Part shown: positions 1 to 8,418 of the stretch, piece after piece | Layout: every line of letters starts with the position of its first letter | Numbering within the stretch: the stretch's first letter is position 1 | Origin: Thermoplasmata archaeon | GTDB lineage: Archaea; Thermoplasmatota; Thermoplasmata; Lutacidiplasmatales; UBA184 | DNA length: 64,000 bases | Assembly: GCA_028864975.1 (NCBI GenBank) | Contig: JAGWLG010000014.1 | Location: 12,613-76,612 of the forward strand | Direction: 5' to 3' | Notes under the pieces: model-generated | Databases searched by the model: none | The model's input: only the letters and a program-made list of their open reading frames with translations | Told to the model about the DNA's origin: nothing | Translations under genes and position numbers: made by a program

Positions 1-706
1 GGACGAGGGCGAGGCCCGGGGGCGCCGCGAGCCCTTTCTGGCTCCCGACGACGATCGCATCCACCTGGGCCGCTTCGCCCGGGGTAGGAAGCCCAGGAAG
101 GGCGCTGATGGCGTCGACCAGGAAGAGCGCTTCGTGCTTCTTGGCGAGGGTCCCCACGCTCTCGAGCGCGTTCGTGAACCCCACCGAGGTCTCGTTGTAG
201 ACCATGGCGACCGCCTTGGGTGAGTTCTGCTCCAAGGTGGCCTTCAAGAGTTCCAGGCTGACGGGCTTCCCCCACGGGGCCCGGACGGGTACGAGCTGCC
301 CGAAGCGGTCGACGAGCTTCTCCATCCGGTCGCCGAAGTGGCCGTTCGAGACGACCACGACCTTCTCGTTCTTCTTCACCAGACCCGAGACCATCGCCTC
401 GAGACCGGCGGTGCCGCTGCCGCTCAGGACGACCTGGTTCCCCTTCTGGCCGAACACGAGCGGGAGGAGCTCCTTGATCTCGTGAACGAGGCCGTGGAAG
501 TACTCCCCGCGGTGGTTCAACGAGGGCGCGGCCATGGCCTGCTGGATCCGAGGGTGGAGCTTGACCGGTCCTGCGAGCAGGAACGTGCTCGTGTAGGGGT
601 CGAAGAGCGATCCGCTCAGGACCGACGAGGAGCTGGAGCTCCGCGTGGTGGGGGCGCCGGTGGTCGACGGAGGGGAGGGCTTCGCTGGGGCGCTGACCGC
701 GTTCAT
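1..706 (-). CDS. Class V PLP aminotransferase (serine-pyruvate/alanine-glyoxylate/phosphoserine aminotransferase-like); partial, runs off the left edge
   Basis: Absent from the ORF track. Translated by hand from ATG at 706 (ATGA overlap with serA stop): ...FLLAGPVKLHPRIQQAM..LNHRGEYF..SGSGTAGLEAMV..NGHFGDRM..VYNETSVG..VDAISA..DAIVVGSQKGLAAPPG (PLP lysine motif). Confidence 0.92.
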   Translation of the reverse strand, partial: MNAVSAPAKPSPPSTTGAPTTRSSSSSSVLSGSLFDPYTSTFLLAGPVKLHPRIQQAMAAPSLNHRGEYFHGLVHEIKELLPLVFGQKGNQVVLSGSGTAGLEAMVSGLVKKNEKVVVVSNGHFGDRMEKLVDRFGQLVPVRAPWGKPVSLELLKATLEQNSPKAVAMVYNETSVGFTNALESVGTLAKKHEALFLVDAISALPGLPTPGEAAQVDAIVVGSQKGLAAPPGLALV

Positions 707-1653
707 GTTCTACGTGCCTCGGGGTTCACACAGTACTCGGGGGTCTCCCCCCGAAGGACCTTCAAGACCTGCTCGACGGTGACGGACCCGGCCCGGGCCT
801 GCGCTTCATGCGTCGAGGCCCCGATGTGGGGGGTGACCACGACCTTGGGGTGCGCGAGGAGCTGCGCGTTCTTGGGAGGCTCCTCTTCGAAGACGTCCAG
901 CCCGGCCCCCGCAAGGTGGCCCGATTCCAGCGCCGCCAGGAGCGCCGCTTCGTCCACGAGCCCCCCGCGCGCGACGTTCAGCACGATGGCCCCTTTGGGG
1001 AGACGGGAGAGGTTCCCTGCGTTCAGGAGGTTCTTGGTCTCCGGGGTGAGCGGAGTGTGGAGCGAGACCACCTGGCTGCTGGCCAGGAGCTCCTCGAGCG
1101 AAAGGAGCGGTGCCCCGTCCGGGGACTTGGTGAGGTAGGGGTCGTACGCCTGGACCTTCATTCCGAAGGCCTTGAGCCGGTTCCCCGCCTCGCGTGCGAT
1201 ACGTCCGTAGCCGATGAATCCTACCGTCCGACCCGCGAGCTCGAGCCCGTTGCCCGCCTTCTTCCATTCCCCCTTCTTGAGCGAAGGGACCTGGGAGCCC
1301 AGGTCGCGCGCGACGGCGACCAGGAGCCCCACGACGAGCTCGGCGACGCTGGTGGTGGCGGCGGCCGGAGCGTTGACGACCGGGATGCCCCTCTTCGTGG
1401 CCGCGGCCACGTCGATATTGTCCACGCCGACCCCGGCGCGTCCGATGACGGTCAGCTTCTCCCCCCGCGAGATCATCGCGGCATCGACCTTCGTGCGGCT
1501 CCGCACGAGGAGCGCCTGGGCGGACGGGAGGTCGCGCTCCAAGGCCTCCTTTCCCGAGGTCGCGTCAGCGACCCGGGCGTGGCGCGAGAGCTCCGCGACC
1601 GCCTCCTTGTCCAGAGGGTCGGCCACCACGGCGAGGGGCTGTGCAACGCTCAC
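703..1653 (-). CDS. serA: D-3-phosphoglycerate dehydrogenase / D-2-hydroxyacid dehydrogenase, short form without ACT domain
   Basis: RAGVGVDNID, GYGRIA (NAD binding), NVARGG, LDVFEEEP, TPHIGAST. Start set at GTG 1653; the first 101 aa of the track ORF look non-coding. Confidence 0.85.
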   Translation of the reverse strand: MSVAQPLAVVADPLDKEAVAELSRHARVADATSGKEALERDLPSAQALLVRSRTKVDAAMISRGEKLTVIGRAGVGVDNIDVAAATKRGIPVVNAPAAATTSVAELVVGLLVAVARDLGSQVPSLKKGEWKKAGNGLELAGRTVGFIGYGRIAREAGNRLKAFGMKVQAYDPYLTKSPDGAPLLSLEELLASSQVVSLHTPLTPETKNLLNAGNLSRLPKGAIVLNVARGGLVDEAALLAALESGHLAGAGLDVFEEEPPKNAQLLAHPKVVVTPHIGASTHEAQARAGSVTVEQVLKVLRGETPEYCVNPEARRT

Positions 1654-1804
1654 GTTCCCGCCCACGACCCCTCCCGTATCAGCCTTTTTGCCGGTCCAGG
1701 ACCCCGGCCGCCCGGTTCCGATCCACCTCCGCCCCCTATCAGGGAGGTAACCACGAGGCGTAGGGTCAAGGCCTGAAGGTCGGATTCTAGGCCCGGAGAT
1801 CAGC

Positions 1805-2734
1805 GTGAGCGCCTCGTCAGAGAGGTCCGGACCCTCGCATCGAGCCCGCCTTCCGCGCTTGCGGTGGTCCAAGGTCCTGGCGGTCGTCCTGCTCGTGCTG
1901 TCGGTCCCGGTGATGGGGGTCGTGGTGGGTTGGTATGGGATGAACCCCCGCGCCAACGAAGCCTATGCCCCGGTAGGGAGCGATGCCCATCTTCTGCTCA
2001 ACAACTTCCCGGATTCGCGTCTCGTGGTCGAGCTCGATGCTGCGCCGGGCTACGCCCCGCCCGCGAGCGCGGTCTCGACGCTTCTCGACCGAATCAACGA
2101 GACGACCTCGAAGAGCTCGGTCTCGGTGGTCTCGTACACCATCTCCACGACCAGCTCCAGCTGGACCACCAGCGACCTTCTCGCCCTTCAGGCGTCCGTC
2201 CGCCAGTCCTGGCCGAGCTGGGGGACCATGACGGTCTGCTATCTCTTCGTCCCGGGGACCTTCCAGGAGGGCTCCTCGGCGATCGGGGTCGCCTATCGGG
2301 GAAGCTCGATCGCGGTCTTCCCCGACGTGATCACCGCGAACATCCCATCGTACGACCCCCAGCTCTTCCCCGAGATGATGACCACCGTCCTGGTCCACGA
2401 GTTCGGACACGAGCTCGGCCTGGTCGGACTCGTCGGCTCCGCGCCCAACGAGGACCCGGCTCACCCGGGGCACTCGACCGACACGAACGATGTCATGTAC
2501 TGGCAGGTCGAATCGACCTCGTACCTACCGGGGATCCTCTCCGGGCCGCCTCCTCCCACGCAGTTCGACAGCGCCGACCTCCAGGACCTGCAGACCGTCC
2601 GCTCGACCGTGATCCCGCTTGAGGTTCTGCCCTACCTGTGGTTGCTCTTGGTCGCCCTCGTCGTGGTCCTTGTGGCCGCCTGGGGACGCTGGCCCCGACG
2701 CAAGGGACGGGCCGCTGTGAGTTCGCCGGCGTGA
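1805..2734 (+). CDS. Membrane-anchored zinc metalloprotease (HEXXH)
   Basis: VLVHEFGHELGLVGL, later GHSTDTNDVMYW. N-terminal hydrophobic segment, plus a C-terminal TM helix with basic tail RWPRRKGR. Confidence 0.75.
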   Translation: MSASSERSGPSHRARLPRLRWSKVLAVVLLVLSVPVMGVVVGWYGMNPRANEAYAPVGSDAHLLLNNFPDSRLVVELDAAPGYAPPASAVSTLLDRINETTSKSSVSVVSYTISTTSSSWTTSDLLALQASVRQSWPSWGTMTVCYLFVPGTFQEGSSAIGVAYRGSSIAVFPDVITANIPSYDPQLFPEMMTTVLVHEFGHELGLVGLVGSAPNEDPAHPGHSTDTNDVMYWQVESTSYLPGILSGPPPPTQFDSADLQDLQTVRSTVIPLEVLPYLWLLLVALVVVLVAAWGRWPRRKGRAAVSSPA

Positions 2735-2756
2735 GCTGCGCCGCGCAGATCCTCGG

Positions 2757-3038
2757 TCAGTGGCTCTTGGAGGGCGCGGGTCCCTTCGAAGGCGTACGCC
2801 ACTTTTGGAGCGTCTCGAGGATAGGGTCCGCGTGGAAGACCAAAATGGCGCCGAAGGCGAAAGGGAAGATCCCCAGCGACCAGATCGCGTCGAACGTAGC
2901 GACCCAGGTGTAGAAGAGCGCCAGTCCAAGGATCATCAGGAAACCCCCGAGAACCATCTCGGCGCCCGTGGGATGCCCCCCGGTCCGGAAGCTGACGACC
3001 GCCTGCGGCGGCGGGTGATGGCTCTCCTCGCAGCTCAT
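2757..3038 (-). CDS. Small hypothetical membrane protein (2 TM)
   Basis: From ATG 3038 (MSCEES); two hydrophobic helices; last gene of the minus-strand MoxR run. Confidence 0.6.
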   Translation of the reverse strand: MSCEESHHPPPQAVVSFRTGGHPTGAEMVLGGFLMILGLALFYTWVATFDAIWSLGIFPFAFGAILVFHADPILETLQKWRTPSKGPAPSKSH

Positions 3039-3087
3039 GGAGAGGCCGCGCAGAGAAAGGGGGAAGATAAGCCTGGGGGAGGGTCCG

Positions 3088-3771
3088 TCATCTTCGCTCG
3101 GGCTCCCATCGGCGGCCCGGCCGGGAACCCGGGCCTGGAGCACCGCCAGAGGCCCTCAAGGCTGGCTCCGGGAGCGGCTCGGGCTCGTCGTAGGAGGGGT
3201 CACCCTTCCTCAGGAACTCGACCATCTTCCCGGGACGCCGCCGCCCCCAAGGGCGAGAGCGGACCTTGAACCCGGCCCCCTTCATCCGCTTCTTCACATC
3301 GTCGAAGGCCTGCGCGCTCAGGTCGAGCTCCATCGGTCGGAACGTTTCCGTGCCCTCCTCCCGGCCAGGGAGGGGGACGTAGACCACGACCTCCATCCCC
3401 GGGGAGCGCCCGCGACCCCCTCGAAGCTCCCGGTCATCGTACGCCATCGAGACCGGTCGGTCCTCCCAGGCGATACGGATCGGCTCCCCCTTGCGGAACC
3501 GGAGCACGAGGGCATCGTCGCGGGTCTCCACGCTCTCGGGGTGGGGCCGTCGGAGGAAGGCCTGGGAGAGCGGAACCGCCGCGATGCAGTAGACCAGGAT
3601 CGCCAGCAGGACCTGGAACGTCGTATAGGGAGGGTAGGGGCTCAGGCTCTGCAGGATGTAGCCCACGAGGAGCCAGGTGGCGACGCCGAGGAGCACCCCC
3701 GCGAGGACGAGGTTCAGCCTTCGCGAGGACGCACGGAGCCGTGCTTGGGCCGTCGTGTCGTACCGGGTCAT
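3088..3771 (-). CDS. Hypothetical membrane protein (2 N-terminal TM, soluble beta-rich C-terminal domain)
   Basis: Two clear TM segments followed by LVLRFRKGEPIRIAWED...; host-like codon style. Confidence 0.75.
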   Translation of the reverse strand: MTRYDTTAQARLRASSRRLNLVLAGVLLGVATWLLVGYILQSLSPYPPYTTFQVLLAILVYCIAAVPLSQAFLRRPHPESVETRDDALVLRFRKGEPIRIAWEDRPVSMAYDDRELRGGRGRSPGMEVVVYVPLPGREEGTETFRPMELDLSAQAFDDVKKRMKGAGFKVRSRPWGRRRPGKMVEFLRKGDPSYDEPEPLPEPALRASGGAPGPGSRPGRRWEPERR

Positions 3772-3999
3772 GGAGAAGGAGAGCTCCCCCCCGGTGTCCC
3801 CCGGCCGTAACGGAGCGCTTCACGGTGGGCGTTTCGGCCCTCTCTGCGTCCTGACCCGGCCGGGGCTGTTGGACACCGTGGTTGTCCTCTCTTCATCCCG
3901 TGCGGACGACCCGTCCGCAAGGTGGTCCGGAGGGACCCTTCGTCGGCATCCAGGTGCCCCCTTGCGGGGGACCGGGGAAGACCACGCTCCCGCCCCACT

Positions 4000-4569
4000 T
4001 CAACCCTCCGCCTCGACCTCGGGCCGCTCCTCCCCACCGCCCACGGGCTCCTCTCGAGAGAACAGATAGACCGCGAGCGCGAGCCCCCCCAGGGTAGGCA
4101 CGAGCGCCACCGCATAGATCGGCGCCTGGACCCCGAGGAGGGAGATGGCGATGAGCAGCGATAGCGCGCCGCCCAGGGCGGGGACCGCAGCTTGGGCGAT
4201 GACCGCGCCGAGGAGGGGTGGGAGCTCTCCCGGGGCCGGGACCGACGTGTGGAAGAGCAGGACCAGGCCGACCAGAAGGGCGCAGGTTAGGCCTGGCGCT
4301 CCCCCCAGCAGTCCCAGTACGGCGACGATCCACACCGTTCCCGCTGGAAGGGTGCTGATCGACGGGACGGGGTTGGGCATGCGTCGAAGCAGCATCCCCA
4401 CGACGGCGGACGCCAAGAGCGCGAGGAGCAACGGCAGACTCCCCCAGGCTGGCCCTCCCGCGAGCGACCAGAGCGGGAAGGGGACGAACAGCAGCAGCGC
4501 CGCGAGGAGCTCATACGCCCCTGGACGGGCCCTCCGAAGCAAGGGGGGGCGTGCTTGGGCCCTGGCCAT
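4000..4569 (-). CDS. Hypothetical polytopic membrane protein
   Basis: About six hydrophobic segments from ATG 4569 (MARAQ), just downstream of the DUF58 stop. Confidence 0.7.
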   Translation of the reverse strand: MARAQARPPLLRRARPGAYELLAALLLFVPFPLWSLAGGPAWGSLPLLLALLASAVVGMLLRRMPNPVPSISTLPAGTVWIVAVLGLLGGAPGLTCALLVGLVLLFHTSVPAPGELPPLLGAVIAQAAVPALGGALSLLIAISLLGVQAPIYAVALVPTLGGLALAVYLFSREEPVGGGEERPEVEAEG

Positions 4570-4613
4570 GGCGTGGTAGGACGTGTACTCCCCGAGGGCG
4601 TGGGGGGGGACCG

Positions 4614-5939
4614 TCACGCGGCGCCTCCTCGGATCATGCTGGCGGGGGGTCGTCGTAGGAAGGCGACGAGCGAGGCGAGGCTCGAGAAGTCCTCCCACTC
4701 CACGACGGGAGAGCTCTGCCAGGCCTCGGAGAGTCGTCGTCGTCGGAGCAGCCGAACGAGGCGCAGCGTGATGTCCGCGTCCTCGGCCTGGTGGTCCATC
4801 CGCTCTGACTCCAAGGTCGAGGGGGACGGGCAGAGGAGCATGCAAGGGAAGCCGTTCCGCCGCAGGAAGTATCCTGCTCCCACGGTCTCGTCATCGATCA
4901 TCGGGGTCAGCAGGAGCACCGGGGTCCCGATCGGAAAATGGCGTTGGAGGGAGATCGAGAGTCGCTCAACAGGGCCGGCCACCTCCGACAGCCGGGCGTC
5001 CTGGAGCGTCTGCTCGATCGCGTAGCGTTGGACGCGGCCGCCACCCAAGGGGAGGATCTTCACGAACTCCCCGAAGATCACGAGCCCGACGCGCGTCTTC
5101 TCCTTCAGGAGGTAGCGTGCGAGCCCAAGGGCCGCCGACCGCGCGACCCCGAGCAGATGTCGGTCGTCCCCTCCCGGGAGTCCGGAGGGTCGAGCGTCGA
5201 CGCAGATGATCATCTCTCCGCTCCGCTCGGCGTGGTACTCGTTCGACGAGAGCTCCCCCCGACGTGCGGAGGCCCACCAGTTGATCTGGCGCGGCGTGTC
5301 CCCCGCGGCGTAGTTTCGGACCGAGACGAAGTCTCCCTGGGATGCGCGTCGCCGCGACCGCAGCTCTCCCGGGAGCGGGGTCGTCCTCTGGATCGCCAGG
5401 CGGGGGATCCTCCGGACCTCGGGGGGGTAGCGTTCCAGGCTCAACCCCTCCCCTCGGGTCGGCAGCAGGACCTCAGAGAGCCCCAGGGGGTCCCTCCATC
5501 GGATCTTCGGCGTCGTAAGGCGGACGAAGAGGGGTCGGAAGGGTCGAAGGCGGAAGCTGGTCCGCAACTGCGGGTCCTGCCCGACGACCACCCGGCGGAG
5601 GACGCCGTCGATCGCGATCACGCCCTCCGGGGGCTCGATCTCCACCTCCAACCAGCCTCCGGGGAGCGGAGGGGTCGCCTCGAAGGTCATGGCGATCTCG
5701 AGGTCCTCCTCGACCTCGGAGAGCTCCCCTCGCACCACGATCCGGGTGAGCGAGCGTGGCGCCAGGAGGAAGACCGATCCCGGCGCGAGGAGGAGCGGGG
5801 TCGCGAGCAGGATGGCGTCCGAGTTCCGCAGCAGAAGCCCCGCCACCAGGGCCGTGCCGCCGAGTCCGAAGAGGAGGAGCGCGCGGGCGCGCCAGGAGGG
5901 TCGGGGGGATTCCGGGAAGTAGCTCGGTTCCGCCGCCAA
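4614..5939 (-). CDS. DUF58 domain protein (MoxR partner, vWA-like)
   Basis: GDFVSVRNYAAGDTPRQINWWASARRGEL..EYHAERSGEMIICVDAR..RVGLVIF. TTG start at 5939. Confidence 0.9.
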   Translation of the reverse strand: MAAEPSYFPESPRPSWRARALLLFGLGGTALVAGLLLRNSDAILLATPLLLAPGSVFLLAPRSLTRIVVRGELSEVEEDLEIAMTFEATPPLPGGWLEVEIEPPEGVIAIDGVLRRVVVGQDPQLRTSFRLRPFRPLFVRLTTPKIRWRDPLGLSEVLLPTRGEGLSLERYPPEVRRIPRLAIQRTTPLPGELRSRRRASQGDFVSVRNYAAGDTPRQINWWASARRGELSSNEYHAERSGEMIICVDARPSGLPGGDDRHLLGVARSAALGLARYLLKEKTRVGLVIFGEFVKILPLGGGRVQRYAIEQTLQDARLSEVAGPVERLSISLQRHFPIGTPVLLLTPMIDDETVGAGYFLRRNGFPCMLLCPSPSTLESERMDHQAEDADITLRLVRLLRRRRLSEAWQSSPVVEWEDFSSLASLVAFLRRPPASMIRGGAA

Positions 5940-5980
5940 CGCTGCGCGACCTCTTCTCTCGCCCCGTCGACGGGCGGGGC

Positions 5981-6931
5981 CTAGTTCACCTTCGGGACCG
6001 GCATCTTGCGCACGACCTCCGAGACCACGGTCGTCCCGCGCAGACCCCGGATCCACGGCTCCGGCTTGATGACGAGGCGGTGCGCCAGCGCGGGGAGGGC
6101 GAGCCCTTTCACATCGTCAGGAAGCGCGTAATCCCGTCCTTCGAGCAGCGCCTTCGCACGGGCGAGCTTCGCCAGGGCGAGGGACCCGCGGGGCGAGGCC
6201 CCCACCTCGACGCGAGGGTCGGCCCGCGTCGCGCTGACAAGGTCGACGATGTACCCCTCGAGCGCGGGCGAGAGGGCCACGCCCTCGACGGAGGCTTGGA
6301 GCTGACGGAACTCTCCCGGGGCCAGCACAGGGGGAGGAGGTCGAAGCTCCGCCTTGGCCTCCCTCCGACGCGTTAGGATCGCTCGTTCTTCGGCCCCCGT
6401 GGGATACCCTAAGGTTAGCCGTAGGAGGAAGCGGTCCACCTGGGCTTCGGGAAGCGGGTAGGTCCCCTCGAGCTCGATGGGGTTCTGGGTCGCCATCACT
6501 AGGAAGGGGCGCTCCAGGGGGTAGGTCTGCCCTTCGGAGGTCACCTGATACTCCTGCATCGATTCCAGGAGTGCGGACTGGACCTTCGGTGGCGCCCGGT
6601 TGATCTCGTCCGCCAGCAGGACGTGGGTGAAGACCGGCCCTCGACGGAAGGAGAACTTCCCCGAGGAGGGGTCGTAGACCTCTCCCCCCGTGATGTCCGT
6701 TGGGAGAAGGTCGGCCGTGAACTGGACGCGGGTGAAGTTGAGCCCCAGGACCGAGGCGAAGGACTTCGCGACCAAGGTCTTCCCGAGACCAGGAAGGTCC
6801 TCGAGGAGGACGTGCCCGTCGGCGAGGAGGCCCACGAGCAGGGTGCGCAGGGCTTCCTGCTTCCCCACCACGACCTGTCCGACCCCGGCGAGCACCGCTT
6901 CCAGGCGCGCCTTCGACGATCCCCCGTTCAT
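5981..6931 (-). CDS. moxR: MoxR family AAA+ ATPase
   Basis: GHVLLEDLPGLGKT, RVQFTADLLPTDITG, LADEINRAPPKVQSALLESM, ATQNPIELEGTYPLPEAQVDRF. SD GAGGTG before ATG 6931. Confidence 0.97.
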   Translation of the reverse strand: MNGGSSKARLEAVLAGVGQVVVGKQEALRTLLVGLLADGHVLLEDLPGLGKTLVAKSFASVLGLNFTRVQFTADLLPTDITGGEVYDPSSGKFSFRRGPVFTHVLLADEINRAPPKVQSALLESMQEYQVTSEGQTYPLERPFLVMATQNPIELEGTYPLPEAQVDRFLLRLTLGYPTGAEERAILTRRREAKAELRPPPPVLAPGEFRQLQASVEGVALSPALEGYIVDLVSATRADPRVEVGASPRGSLALAKLARAKALLEGRDYALPDDVKGLALPALAHRLVIKPEPWIRGLRGTTVVSEVVRKMPVPKVN

Positions 6932-6939
6932 CCCCCACC

Positions 6940-7353
6940 TCACGCCATGATCTCGATGCGGGCAACCTCGTCCCGCAGCAGCAGGTTGAACTCTTTCCTT
7001 GAGAATCCTAGGACCTCCTCGCGACGGTCGAGGACCCGACGGACGGGGGTGGAAGTCCCGGCCGTGTCGGCCGCCTCCAGGGCCTCCAGGATGTGCAGGC
7101 GGGCGAGCCCGTCCCCCGCGTACGCCTGGCGGACCCGCGTTTGCCACAGGGACGCCTCCGGAAGAACGAGCGGGGGGAGGTAAGGCATCCGGAACGCCAG
7201 CGCGACCAGCCCGGCGAGGGTCAAAAAGGCGGCGGCGACCGCGCCGAAGAGGAGCGAAAGGTCCGTGCTGTCGATCTCAAGCGCGGCCAGAACGGCGGAG
7301 ACGACCCCCAGGAAGATGAGGACCTTGAGCGCCGCGGATTCGAGGCGGCTCAT
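6940..7353 (-). CDS. Hypothetical membrane protein in MoxR operon
   Basis: 2 TM plus helical tail; ATGA overlap with the DUF4129 gene stop. Confidence 0.75.
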   Translation of the reverse strand: MSRLESAALKVLIFLGVVSAVLAALEIDSTDLSLLFGAVAAAFLTLAGLVALAFRMPYLPPLVLPEASLWQTRVRQAYAGDGLARLHILEALEAADTAGTSTPVRRVLDRREEVLGFSRKEFNLLLRDEVARIEIMA

Positions 7354-8387
7354 CGGACGGCCCCCGTGAGGGTCGCATCTTCCGTCGTGGTCGACGGGGT
7401 CGTGGTTGCCCCGGGCCCGGCCGCCTTGAGCTGGCCGAGGACGTCGGAGAGGGAGGCCTTGGCCGCCTTCGCCTGCTCCTCGCCCATGGGGTGGAGGCTG
7501 TAGCGCGCCTCCTCAAAGAGCGTACGTAAGGCATGCGCCGACGGAGAGTCGAGGCGCAGGTGCGTTCCCATCAGCCCCTCGACCTCGCGAGGGGTCGAGG
7601 TCTCCAGATCCGGGATGCCGCGCCCCTCCAGCTCCTTCAGCAACGCCGCGTAGGCCTCGACGATCCGCCGCTTCGCTTCGCCCAGCTCTCCCGCGTCCAG
7701 TTGGGCCACGGCTTCTTCGAGCTTCGTCAGGAGCTCCCGGCCGGGAGGCGGTGCGGCTCCCGGCCGAGGCTTCCCCCGCCGTACGAGATAGGCGGCGACC
7801 GGGACCACGATCAAGGAGAGGACGATCCCCCCGCTCAAGGCGAAGAGCGTGGGCGTGTACGGGGAAGCCAGAAGGGAGCCCGGGGTGGAATTGGTCCGGG
7901 TGCTCCCGTTGTTGGTCCCTCCGCCACCGGGAGGTGGAGGGGGGCCCGTCGTGCCATTGGTCGAGTTGCCGGTGCCACCGGGGCCTAAGGACCCCCAGGA
8001 ACGGTGTTGCTGGGAGAGGCTCGCGAGCCCGAGGAGGCCGAAGATGACGAGGACCACCATCAGGAACGCGAGGAGGGTCACTCCCGAGCCCTGAGCGAAC
8101 CAAGACCCGCTCTTCCGATTGCGGACGCGCACGTAGACGAAGCCCAGAACGAGGGAAGCTAGGAGGACGGAGAAGACGATGAACCCGACCTCGTATGTGT
8201 AGGGGGAACCGAAGCGGGTAGGAGGAGGGAGGGTCTGGAAACTTCCCAGGAGCCCGGCCGTCGCCCCCAACCCCAGAGAGAACAGCAGCACGAACATGAT
8301 GGCCAGTGACCCGCGGTCGATCCCTCTCAGCCCCGCAAGGGCGCCTTTCGAATTGGGGGAGGGGAGGACGGCCGAACCCTCCGACAT
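7350..8387 (-). CDS. DUF4129 domain membrane protein
   Basis: Four TM, then RIVEAYAALLKELEGRG..ETSTPREV..ALRTLFEEARYSLHPM (DUF4129 pattern). Confidence 0.85.
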   Translation of the reverse strand: MSEGSAVLPSPNSKGALAGLRGIDRGSLAIMFVLLFSLGLGATAGLLGSFQTLPPPTRFGSPYTYEVGFIVFSVLLASLVLGFVYVRVRNRKSGSWFAQGSGVTLLAFLMVVLVIFGLLGLASLSQQHRSWGSLGPGGTGNSTNGTTGPPPPPGGGGTNNGSTRTNSTPGSLLASPYTPTLFALSGGIVLSLIVVPVAAYLVRRGKPRPGAAPPPGRELLTKLEEAVAQLDAGELGEAKRRIVEAYAALLKELEGRGIPDLETSTPREVEGLMGTHLRLDSPSAHALRTLFEEARYSLHPMGEEQAKAAKASLSDVLGQLKAAGPGATTTPSTTTEDATLTGAVR

Positions 8388-8418
8388 GTCCAGGCGAGGT
8401 CAGCGGTGCATCATATCC

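Noticed and set aside
338-1776. Long plus-strand ORFs opposite serA and the aminotransferase
   Set aside because: Antisense shadows expected in GC-rich coding DNA; R/G/P-rich with no motifs.
3772-3999. SRP RNA, RNase P RNA, hammerhead, glycine or SAM riboswitch as identity of the structured gap
   Set aside because: A GGAG-capped hairpin is present but the SRP helix 8 AGG/AGCA motif is not. GAGGAAAGUCC, CUGANGA and complete riboswitch cores are absent.
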